Below, in pieces: positions 28,976 to 37,329 of a stretch of DNA of 64,000 nucleotides. Position 1 is the stretch's first letter. Each line of letters opens with the position of its first letter. The notes beneath the pieces were generated by a model. The model saw only the letters and a list, made by a program, of their open reading frames with translations. It was not told where the DNA came from and searched no databases. The translations under genes were made by a program, and so were the position numbers. Origin of the DNA: an uncultured bacterium (GTDB lineage: Bacteria; Chloroflexota; UBA5177; JANWHV01); assembly GCA_963827235.1 (NCBI GenBank), contig CAWHAE010000009.1, positions 1,024,001 to 1,088,000 of the forward strand, in the 5' to 3' direction.

Positions 28976-29430
28976 TCACGGCCAGTAAAACCATCGGAGA
29001 CACCACGTCTCGATGCTGGATAGACCTGCAATTCACGCAACAACGACTCAATTCGTGTGTGGACGGAACCCAACCGCAACTGTATACTGCCGCTGGATTG
29101 CATCACCTCCAGACCGGTGAACGAATGTGTGGTTCCACGGCCAGCTCGTTTCTCCTGGATACCTTTGAGGTCCTGGTCCTGATCAAGGTGTGTCACGGCA
29201 TCGGGCGAGACGCCGATCCACTTGATACCGGTCATCGGCCCCACGATCACGGCAACCGCCCAATCCTGCATCCGCGTATACTGCGTCGCTTGCATGAGAG
29301 CGACCACGGCAGCGAGCGCTTGCGGCAGCGTCTCGCAACTCGCCACGATCGTGCCCTTCTTTACGCTGACATCCGGCCGCGGGCCGCGGCTATGGCTGCG
29401 CCCAAACACGTCATCCATTTCTACCTCCAT
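28954..29430 (-). CDS. Hypothetical protein
   Basis: 158-aa ORF co-oriented within the nuclease-tns block; GGAGG precedes the second Met. Confidence 0.45.
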   Translation of the reverse strand: MEVEMDDVFGRSHSRGPRPDVSVKKGTIVASCETLPQALAAVVALMQATQYTRMQDWAVAVIVGPMTGIKWIGVSPDAVTHLDQDQDLKGIQEKRAGRGTTHSFTGLEVMQSSGSIQLRLGSVHTRIESLLRELQVYPASRRGVSDGFTGRDCAMCAL

Positions 29431-29771
29431 ACACCGGGTCTATCCCGACGCGACACGCGCCATGCCTGACGCACAAGACCAACTGCGAATTGCGATACGC
29501 GCGGGGCTACACGCGGCCAACGGAGCGTTCAAAGACGCCACGGGGGCGTCGCAGGCGTCTGCTGGTGAGGGGTCAATAGGCAGGGATCCAGAGTCAGAAC
29601 GCCTGACCACCCTCACGTCCTCCCTCCTCCTGCGGGGACGATTACCTGCAACGGCGCCGAGCGGGGCGCTGGCCTGCCGAGGGTCACAGACAGAGTTGTC
29701 GTGCGAGGGATCGAACCCATCCAAGATGTGGGGTGGATCACCGGTCGCCGAGCGCGGCGCCGGGACGCGCG

Positions 29772-30542
29772 CTAGGTCGCGCGGTACGGCAGGATGAAGC
29801 TTTCGGGGCAATCGTCGCGGAAGGAGCAGCGCGAGCAGGTATCGAGCGTCGACGTTGCTTTCAGATCGTCCGGACGCAGCGCGTCAAGCCAGTCCAGCAC
29901 CGATCGGAGGTGATCCTGCACGTCCTCCCAATCCATAGTGATGTCGATCATCTCGTAGGTGTTGAGGTCTGCCACGACGACGCGATGCCAGCAATCCCGC
30001 ATCCGCGGCGGGACCTGCGGCCCTCTCAGAACGATGCCGTCGATGGCTGCCATCATGTGGGTGGCGAGCACATCCAGCGTGGGATGCTTGGCCGAGGATA
30101 GCTCCAGCGCGACGACGGTGCCGTCCGGATCTTCGGCCAGCACGTCCGGCCGGGCCTGAAACACGCGGCCGTCGAACACGTTCTGCAGGGTGTACTCCAC
30201 GGCGACGATACGCCGGCCTTCAACGGCACCGATGAACGGGTTTTCGCGAGCGTACCGCACGAGCCACGCGAGCCCGGCCGGGTTGGGCTCCGCTTCCCCG
30301 CCGGCCCGCACCCAGGCCGCCTTCCACAGATCGCCGAGCACGTTTTCGTCCACGACGGCGCGGCGCTGCGACAGGAGGCGGTGCAAGGCGGCCACAGCGG
30401 TATGGCGAGCCCGATACGCGATCAGAAACTCGTTGGGCGCTGGCGCCGGCGCGTTGCCGTATTCCCCGCGCACGATCTGCCGGTACGCCCGCACGTCGCA
30501 GGCGCTCCCCGCCAGCACTGCCGTCTTCGTAATGGGTCCCAC
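29772..30542 (-). CDS. Cas4/AddB-like PD-(D/E)XK nuclease-fold protein with a probable 4Fe-4S staple
   Basis: GAGAGGAGA RBS before GTG 30542; N-terminal Cys (SACDVR); VEY...ARPD...ALELS; C-terminal CxxCxxxxxC. Confidence 0.7.
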   Translation of the reverse strand: MGPITKTAVLAGSACDVRAYRQIVRGEYGNAPAPAPNEFLIAYRARHTAVAALHRLLSQRRAVVDENVLGDLWKAAWVRAGGEAEPNPAGLAWLVRYARENPFIGAVEGRRIVAVEYTLQNVFDGRVFQARPDVLAEDPDGTVVALELSSAKHPTLDVLATHMMAAIDGIVLRGPQVPPRMRDCWHRVVVADLNTYEMIDITMDWEDVQDHLRSVLDWLDALRPDDLKATSTLDTCSRCSFRDDCPESFILPYRAT

Positions 30543-30605
30543 GGTCTTGGTTCTCCTCTCCGGTATGGCCTCTAGACATCGCTCTATCAGTAGCGTACAA
30601 TTGCA

Positions 30606-30647
30606 ACTATACGCGGATGGACGATCAATGTCAAGAACACGTGTTCT
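30606..30647 (-). promoter_or_regulatory. Near-consensus promoter TTGACA-17-TATAGT with an adjacent perfect LexA-type box AGAAC-ACGT-GTTCT
   Basis: Minus-strand -35 at 30629-30634 and -10 at 30606-30611; palindrome at 30634-30647. Confidence 0.8.
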
Positions 30648-30707
30648 AGGATTCGTCTCGCGTCCGCAAGGCGCGACGAACGAGCAGAGAAGGAGAGGGA
30701 GGGGACC

Positions 30708-31251
30708 ATGAGCGACCAAGAAGGACCGGCGCGATCGCCAAAACGCGGGGAGGGTCGCCGGCAGCGCACGCCCATCACGGAGGTCGATCAACGAGTGCAG
30801 GATCGCCTGGTACGGTTCCGCAAGTACCTCACCGACGTGCTGAAGGAACGCGGCATCTCGATGCGCAAGCTGTCGCTGCAGACCGGCAAGTACGAGGGCT
30901 ACTACCTGAACCTGCTCACAGCGCCGGAACTCGGAGCGCAGGCGCTGCCCACGCCCGAAGACCTGCGCCTGCTGGCGCCGATCATCGGCGCCCCGGTCGG
31001 CCAACTGTTCGAACTGGTCTGGGGCATCACGCGCTCAGAGATCGAGAGCGATCTCAGAAGCGGTAGCCGCGCACTCCGGCGTCTGCGCCGAGAACCGCAC
31101 CGGGTTTTCCAGGGCAGAGTTCGCCGACTTTACGCCCCAAGAGCAAGAGGAGATCCGCAACTTCCTGGGCTACGTGCGCGCCAAGCAGGAGAAGCGCAGG
31201 CTCGAGCAGGCCGAGGCACGAGCGAACAAAGGCGGCAAGGAGCGAAAGTAA
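30708..31251 (+). CDS. ImmR-like XRE HTH repressor, apparently frameshifted near 31056 so that it reads through into immA
   Basis: LKERGISMRKLS HTH; the typical C-terminus FTPQEQEEIRNFLGYVRAK lies in the +1 frame and ends at a TAA overlapping the immA ATG. Confidence 0.7.
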
Positions 31252-31730
31252 TGAATGCCTGGCCACCCCTTTGCCTGCCGCCTGTGGACCCGGATCAGGT
31301 GGCGCAGGACCTCGGCATCGCCGTGAGCTACTGGGACCGCTTGCCGTGCCTGGGCATCTTCGCACGCACTCGCGACGGCTGCGCCGAAATCGCGCTGCGC
31401 GGAGATTTGCAACAACCGCGGAACGAGCGATTGCGCCGGGTCACGCTGGCGCACGAGCTGGGGCACGCGGCGCTGCACGCTGGCACGTACACCTCGCCGC
31501 TACACTGCCACCGGCCCGACTTCACGGCGTCGCGCATCGAGTTCCAGGCCGAGCGCTTTGCCGGCGAGATGCTCTGCCCGGAGAGCCTGGTACAAGCGCT
31601 CTGCCGCGATCGCGGCGAGATCGGACCCGAAGAGATCGAAGAACTAGCAGACGCGGTGCAGGCTCCGAACGAGTTCGTCGGCTGGTGGGTAGCGTTCTTG
31701 GCCCGAAGCGGTCGAATAGTGTTGCCTTGA
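31251..31730 (+). CDS. ImmA/IrrE-family metallopeptidase (DUF955)
   Basis: AAGGAG RBS; PVDP..VA..LGI, RVTLAHELGH and EFQAERFAGEMLCP. Confidence 0.9.
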   Translation: MNAWPPLCLPPVDPDQVAQDLGIAVSYWDRLPCLGIFARTRDGCAEIALRGDLQQPRNERLRRVTLAHELGHAALHAGTYTSPLHCHRPDFTASRIEFQAERFAGEMLCPESLVQALCRDRGEIGPEEIEELADAVQAPNEFVGWWVAFLARSGRIVLP

Positions 31731-32202
31731 GCGCGGGACAAATCCACACATCAAGCGCAGTAATTTAGGCGGCCAAATCGATCAGCAGCGTAACCATCCA
31801 TGCGGGAGCACGAAGGAGCGGGTTGATGCGAGGAGAGGGATGGTCTTCTGAGCGTTGGGCGCGTAGAAAGGATCGAGCATGGGGATCTGCTTGCGAACCG
31901 GGAGCTATCACCAGCAACCACGTTGATGAAACTGCAAAACCGCATCGAACGAAATTTGACGCAAGCCCACAACAGAACGATGAGGAGAGGCCAATGTGAT
32001 TCTATGCAGTAAACAAGAGCAATGACTGGTCATAGCGAAATGATCATACGGTCCAGAACGGCGTTTGACGCGGCTTGGACCTATGGCAACGATAGTGGAA
32101 AGCGTGAGAGGCGGATCTATTCTACGGAACAGAGCGTAGGTGTAGAATTGGTGCGAACTGAAAAGGCGCGAGGGAAACTACGGGAGCGAGAGGTAAGAGA
32201 AG

Positions 32203-33012
32203 ATGACGGACCGGTCGAAGCAAGCGATCATGACCGTTTGCACGTTCCTGTCGTTGGTTTTAGCGTCTATGGCCACGGTACCGGTAGCCCAGGCGCGCGG
32301 CCTCAGCCCGCGGACGCTGGTCGCGAGTGACTTTTTTGGCGCTACCGGCGCGACGTCCGTCTCCCTGAGCGGCGGGCAAGCGGAAACCATTGCAGCCGTA
32401 CCATACCTCAGTTACCTGAGTTTTCTCTGTGGCAAACCGGGGAACGGCGGGGATGCGTCCATTTCTCTCAACGCCGCCACGCTGGTTGGCTACAATGCCC
32501 TGTCATTCTCGCTGGGGATGAGCGATAAGACGTACGCGCACGGTTCGTCGGGCGAGTTGCAGGTTCAGCGAGACGGCCATGCATATGCTACGTACCACGT
32601 CTCCTCCGGGGTACCAGCACGACACGTCATCGTGTTCTTCGGTGGACACAAAATCATCACCTTAGATGGACACTACGACACAGGGGGCGGCTCTGTCGAA
32701 CTGCTGGTCGCGGTCCCGATGGCGATCGTGGTGGGCCCGGCACTGCCAATCCCACTCAGCCTCAACGCCCCCTACGTGGTAGCCGGCGGAACGCAGACTG
32801 CCATCGTGGCGACTACAGCGGCATCGTACGTCACGCTGGTAATCACGTACGGCTCAGGCGCGCCTCTTGTCGTCGGGCCAAAGCTCATCGGACCTGACGG
32901 GAAGTATACGTACACCTGGACCCTGCCTGCAGCTCAACGCGGCCGCGTGCGCGTAACCTTGATCGATGGCGCAGGGAAAGTCACGCAAAGCTCATTCACG
33001 ATAACCGGCTGA
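32203..33012 (+). CDS. Secreted hypothetical beta-rich protein
   Basis: Signal peptide ending VAQA; GAGGT RBS. Confidence 0.6.
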   Translation: MTDRSKQAIMTVCTFLSLVLASMATVPVAQARGLSPRTLVASDFFGATGATSVSLSGGQAETIAAVPYLSYLSFLCGKPGNGGDASISLNAATLVGYNALSFSLGMSDKTYAHGSSGELQVQRDGHAYATYHVSSGVPARHVIVFFGGHKIITLDGHYDTGGGSVELLVAVPMAIVVGPALPIPLSLNAPYVVAGGTQTAIVATTAASYVTLVITYGSGAPLVVGPKLIGPDGKYTYTWTLPAAQRGRVRVTLIDGAGKVTQSSFTITG

Positions 33013-33159
33013 GCAGGCCGCGGACTTACCAACACGAACGTGCCCAGCGACCGTAAACACGAAAGAGAGAACAACACGGCAACAAGTTGAGGGAAAGAAG
33101 CTCAACACGTGAGCGCACGCAAAGCCTAGAGAAGGACGAAAGCGAAAGTAGGTAGAAGA

Positions 33160-33747
33160 ATGACGCGCGGAAAAGGCTTACTCCTTGTCATCGTACTGGT
33201 GGCAGTCGGAGCGGCCATTGCCGTCTACAGCGCAAACAAGAGCGGAGGAACGCTGCCAGGTTCGTCCGCATCGCCGTTGAGCCTAGACTTTTGCAACGAC
33301 GCGCACCAAACGATGAGCTTAAGTCCGCGCTGCCAGTCCGATGACCACAGCCTGGACGGGAAGCTCCACGACTACGAGCTGAGCGTGACCGGGACGAATA
33401 CCGCAGGCTACGATCCGCAGGCCACCCTAACCTACGAGGTTGGCACGCAGCAGAGCGACGGATCGTACGCGTATCGGGCGCTGACGTGCGGTGGCGGCAG
33501 TCTGAGCAACCAACAACGGCTCAGCGCAAACGGCCTGAGCATGTACGACGCCTACTACGACAACTCGATAGTGGATGGCTATCATGCGACACCAGGCTGC
33601 GCGTTCTTTCCCGCGGATCCCAATAAGCCAGGATCTGAAGGAGGATCCTTTGCCGCACCAGGCAACTACCGCTTCCGAGTGTCCGTGGTCGATCCTGACG
33701 GCACTGTCATGCAGCAAGCCACGTACGATGTGAGTGTCGCAAGTTAG
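33160..33747 (+). CDS. Membrane-anchored or secreted hypothetical protein
   Basis: N-terminal TM segment; C-terminal PGNYRFRVSV beta strand. Confidence 0.6.
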   Translation: MTRGKGLLLVIVLVAVGAAIAVYSANKSGGTLPGSSASPLSLDFCNDAHQTMSLSPRCQSDDHSLDGKLHDYELSVTGTNTAGYDPQATLTYEVGTQQSDGSYAYRALTCGGGSLSNQQRLSANGLSMYDAYYDNSIVDGYHATPGCAFFPADPNKPGSEGGSFAAPGNYRFRVSVVDPDGTVMQQATYDVSVAS

Positions 33748-33934
33748 GTGCGGGGTCAGCGGCCGGAGAAACCACGAGCAAGAGGTACATAGAGGTACAA
33801 AGCAAGACAGGACCCGGCAGGCCACTCGAGAGCCAGCATTCAGGACGGTTCGGACCACCTGGTCTATGCCAGGTCTCCCGGGCGGGACGCATCAGCGATC
33901 ACAGGGCATTCGGATACCCACCGTCGGCAGGAGC

Positions 33935-35236
33935 CTAACCAACGATACCATCCGTACTTGCCAAAATGGTGCCGTAGGCACCAACAACCAGACACCGACG
34001 ATCGCCACGGCACGTAACACCCAGGAGCGGAACGCTAGTACCGGACGCTCTTCGAAGCCATGTGGTGCTCCCAGCCGCTGCGGCCAATATGATGCCGCCA
34101 TCACCAACGGCCAGACAAGCGCCACTGCTCGAGCAGGTAAGCGCGAGCACCTTGTCGTACGGGTCCGGCTGTGGATTACTGTGAGCAGTCCAGGTGGCAC
34201 CGCTGTCGCTGCTCGCCAGGAAGGTGCCGTCTTCTCCGACGGCTCGACACTCCTTGGTGGTTGGACAGACGATGCTACCCAGATAGCTCGTGGTACCCGA
34301 CGGCATGCTCTTCCAGTGAGCGCCGGCGTCCGTACTGATCAACACAGTGCCGGCATCGCCGGCGACCAAGCACCTGCTCGTTGTCGGGCACGCGATCCCC
34401 CCTAAGCCATGAGGAGTGCCCGAGGCCCGTTGACGCCAGTCTACGCCACCATCCGTACTGACGAGGATGACGCCTAGCTCGACGCCCAAGCCGACTTCTC
34501 CGTGACCGCCCCAGCCCACGGCGAGACAGTTCCTGGCACTCGTGCAGGTAACATCTTGAACAACACCCTGACCTCCCTCCGTCTCCCCTAACAGCCAGGG
34601 AAGCAGAATATGCTGCTCCCTCCACGTCACCCCGCCGTCTGAAGTGGCCAAGATGAGCGCGCGCATGCCGCGATTTCCGACAGCAATGCACGTGCGCGAC
34701 GTCGGACACGTGACGCCACGGAGGAGATCTCGAGAGTCGGAAAAGCGAACGACCCAGGTTCTTCCGGCATCCATACTGACGAGAGCTGTGCCGCCATAAC
34801 CGACGGCAACACACATGGACATCGTCGGGCAAGCCACGCTGTCCAAAGTCTCGGTCGTTCCCGAGGCCACGACAACCCAGGCTGAAGATGGCGGAGGCAC
34901 CGACGCCGGAGACAGTCCGGATCGTACTGCGATACCGATGACACCAGGATTTGGCGTCAACGCCCGGGCGGCCGCAGCCACAGATACACCGGTTGCGCGA
35001 TACATCAAGGCCGTAGTGTCGTGAGCAACGAAAGCGGCGCTAGAATCCACAGGGCCGCGACTCGCAGGAGACCCTATGGGGAACTGAGTGGTCAACGGCA
35101 AGGATGGTGTGACCCAAGCCGATCGTAGCGGGTAGGCGTGAGCATCGGCTCGGGGTTGAGCAGCTAGAGAATTAACCGTAGAAATTGCGAGCGTTGCGCA
35201 CGCCACCAGTGCGACAAACAATCGGATAGGCTTCAT
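33935..35236 (-). CDS. Secreted BNR/Asp-box (YCF48-like) beta-propeller repeat protein
   Basis: Repeats of LxxVxCPTxxxCxAVGxxGTILxSTDGGxTW; signal peptide from MKPIRLF; GGAG RBS. Confidence 0.8.
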   Translation of the reverse strand: MKPIRLFVALVACATLAISTVNSLAAQPRADAHAYPLRSAWVTPSLPLTTQFPIGSPASRGPVDSSAAFVAHDTTALMYRATGVSVAAAARALTPNPGVIGIAVRSGLSPASVPPPSSAWVVVASGTTETLDSVACPTMSMCVAVGYGGTALVSMDAGRTWVVRFSDSRDLLRGVTCPTSRTCIAVGNRGMRALILATSDGGVTWREQHILLPWLLGETEGGQGVVQDVTCTSARNCLAVGWGGHGEVGLGVELGVILVSTDGGVDWRQRASGTPHGLGGIACPTTSRCLVAGDAGTVLISTDAGAHWKSMPSGTTSYLGSIVCPTTKECRAVGEDGTFLASSDSGATWTAHSNPQPDPYDKVLALTCSSSGACLAVGDGGIILAAAAGSTTWLRRASGTSVPLLGVTCRGDRRCLVVGAYGTILASTDGIVG

Positions 35237-35602
35237 CACTACTGCTCCGTTTCGCTTTGGTCTCCGAGCGATCAGCATTTCCCAAGCAACACACATCACA
35301 CGTATCATAGGCCAATTGGCCCACCTGTCAACGAACGCGGCCATGGATAAGAAGCAATGAGCCGAAGTGAAACACGAGCCCAAGTGGATGGGTGATCCGC
35401 GCGCGAACGCAAGCTTGAACGTCAGCGGAGGTCCCACCAAGCCCAACAGTCCCACAGGAGAAGGATAGCCTAGCCGAAAAGCACACGCCCTACCTGCAAT
35501 AACCGGGATAGCTAAACAACCAGCAGAGTCAGCACGCCATTGCATCATCCGCGCAGCCGCTGCACCAGCACGCTTTCACCGATATTGCACAGACAGTGAG
35601 AC

Positions 35603-35631
35603 TTGTTTCGCATTAGAGTGAAGCCTATACT
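35603..35631 (+). promoter_or_regulatory. Candidate promoter TTGTTT-17-TATACT for the WXG100 locus
   Basis: Correct spacing, about 370 nt upstream of ATG 35999. Confidence 0.4.
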
Positions 35632-35998
35632 AGTGGGTGAACCCGAAAGGACTGACCTTTATCAACCGTGCGACAACTGCGAACCAATCGCTGCTTAACC
35701 CAAGAGCACTTGGCAGCGCTAGCCGAACTAGCGGTGGCAACGATCCAAAACGCCGAAAGAGAGGGGCAGTACCGAGTCGGCGATTGTGCGCGACAGTGTT
35801 GATACGAAGGATAGTTATGAGGGATGGCAACGATCACGGGAGTGAAGATCGCACCGACGCGGACTGTGCTCACAGGGGGTCATTCGCGCGCTAACGCAAG
35901 GGCTTCGATGGGGTAGCCGAGCCATGTACATGCCGCTGGGCGTGAGGTACGCTCGTGGGCAATAGGCGCTTTAGTTCATTAGTCGTGGGAGACGTCGA

Positions 35999-36271
35999 AT
36001 GGCTCAAGTGATTGTAAGCCCGGAGGAGGTACGGCACTTTGCGCGCCAGTTCAAGACGTGCAACGCCCAGCTTCTAGACCTGACAACCAGACTGCGTGGG
36101 CAATTCAGCAACCTCGGAGAGACATGGCGCGACCAAGAGTATCAGCGCTTCGCGGTAGAGTTTGAACAAGCTTCGAGAATCCTGCAACAATTCATGCGCC
36201 AGGCCGATCAGTACATTCCCTATCTAGAACGAAAGGCGGCAGCGGCACAGGCCTTCCTGGACCAGCGGTAA
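35999..36271 (+). CDS. WXG100/ESAT-6-family protein
   Basis: 90 aa, helical; MAQVIVSPEEVR.FA; central LGETWRD. Confidence 0.85.
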   Translation: MAQVIVSPEEVRHFARQFKTCNAQLLDLTTRLRGQFSNLGETWRDQEYQRFAVEFEQASRILQQFMRQADQYIPYLERKAAAAQAFLDQR

Positions 36272-36276
36272 CGTCG

Positions 36277-37329
36277 ATGAACGAACAGATCAATGTCCGT
36301 TCTGTTGACACTTTGGAGCGGCTCCACGCCGAACTCAAGCGGTTCGCGCATGATGCACCGCTGCCGTTGCAGGCTGCCGCCGGAGAAATTCACCGCACCC
36401 TTGAATGGTTGGGAGAGCGACGAGGGTACTGGCAAGCCCGCGTGCAATTCTTCACGCTGGAGGTCGAGCGCGCCCGCCGTGCCTACGAGGCTTGTCTGCA
36501 GAGCGGCGCGCGCGACGCGCGCACAGGCCAGTACAGCCAGCCGGACTGCTCGCCACAGTACGAGGCAATGGAGAAGGCGCAGGCGCTTCTCCGCGAAGCT
36601 ACAACGGAGCTTGCCAAGGTCACAGCCGCACTGCGAACCGTACAGCAAGCGGTGGAAGCATACGAGAGACAGGCACGACGGCTAAGCGGCATGCTAGGCG
36701 CAGACGTGCCACGCGGCATCGCGATGCTGGGACGCAGTATTGAGCGTCTGCGGACATTCATCGCCTTGAGCGTACAGCACAACTGGTCAGTGGCCCATGG
36801 ATCGACCGTGATGCGAAGCGACGCAGCGCCGGGCGGCAATGTCTCCGACGCGGCTCAGACAGGCCCGCCGCGAATCGAAGCGATCGCGAGTCCAACAGTG
36901 CAAGCCGAACCGTGGGCCGAATACACGTTTCACGATGCAGGCTCGCGCACCCTGCTGGTTCTGGGGCACGTTGTCGGCGATAAGTGTTACATCCGAGCCC
37001 ACGATCTCGGGATAAAGGACGACGTGCCTCGTGACCGTCCATCAGTAGGCACGGGCGGATACGCGAACGTCGTGTTGGAACGCAACGAGCGCGGGGACGT
37101 GACAGGTGCACGGCTACAGGACATCATGGTCACTCCCAGCCATCGCCTCGGCGGCATCGGCAGCCAGTTACTGGAAGAAGCGGAACGGTTCGCCCGCGAC
37201 CAGCACGCTCCGGAATTGCATGGCGAGGCACCAGTCGAATCCAACGTACAGGAATGGTACGAGCGTCGTGGATACGCATCGAGATCGACGGACGGAATGC
37301 CACAGATCTTCAAGCAGTTGGCAGAATGA
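36277..37329 (+). CDS. Helical WXG/LXG-like N-terminal domain fused to a C-terminal GNAT acetyltransferase domain
   Basis: NVRSVDTL...EIHRTLEWL...YW coiled coil; GNAT motif A IMVTPSHRLGGIGSQLL and WYERRGY. Confidence 0.7.
   Translation: MNEQINVRSVDTLERLHAELKRFAHDAPLPLQAAAGEIHRTLEWLGERRGYWQARVQFFTLEVERARRAYEACLQSGARDARTGQYSQPDCSPQYEAMEKAQALLREATTELAKVTAALRTVQQAVEAYERQARRLSGMLGADVPRGIAMLGRSIERLRTFIALSVQHNWSVAHGSTVMRSDAAPGGNVSDAAQTGPPRIEAIASPTVQAEPWAEYTFHDAGSRTLLVLGHVVGDKCYIRAHDLGIKDDVPRDRPSVGTGGYANVVLERNERGDVTGARLQDIMVTPSHRLGGIGSQLLEEAERFARDQHAPELHGEAPVESNVQEWYERRGYASRSTDGMPQIFKQLAE

Noticed and set aside
29440-29616. 58-aa ORF behind a strong RBS on the minus strand
   Set aside because: No recognisable features; it may be real or a remnant, but support is too weak to list
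29772-31004. 410-aa ORF as listed in the track
   Set aside because: Its N-terminal part is antisense to the repressor and spans the promoter; the RBS supports a start at 30542
21422-31730. CRISPR-associated transposon (CAST)
   Set aside because: No cas5/6/7/8/10/12k and no array in the window; the Cas4-like fold alone is not evidence. The far end remains unseen
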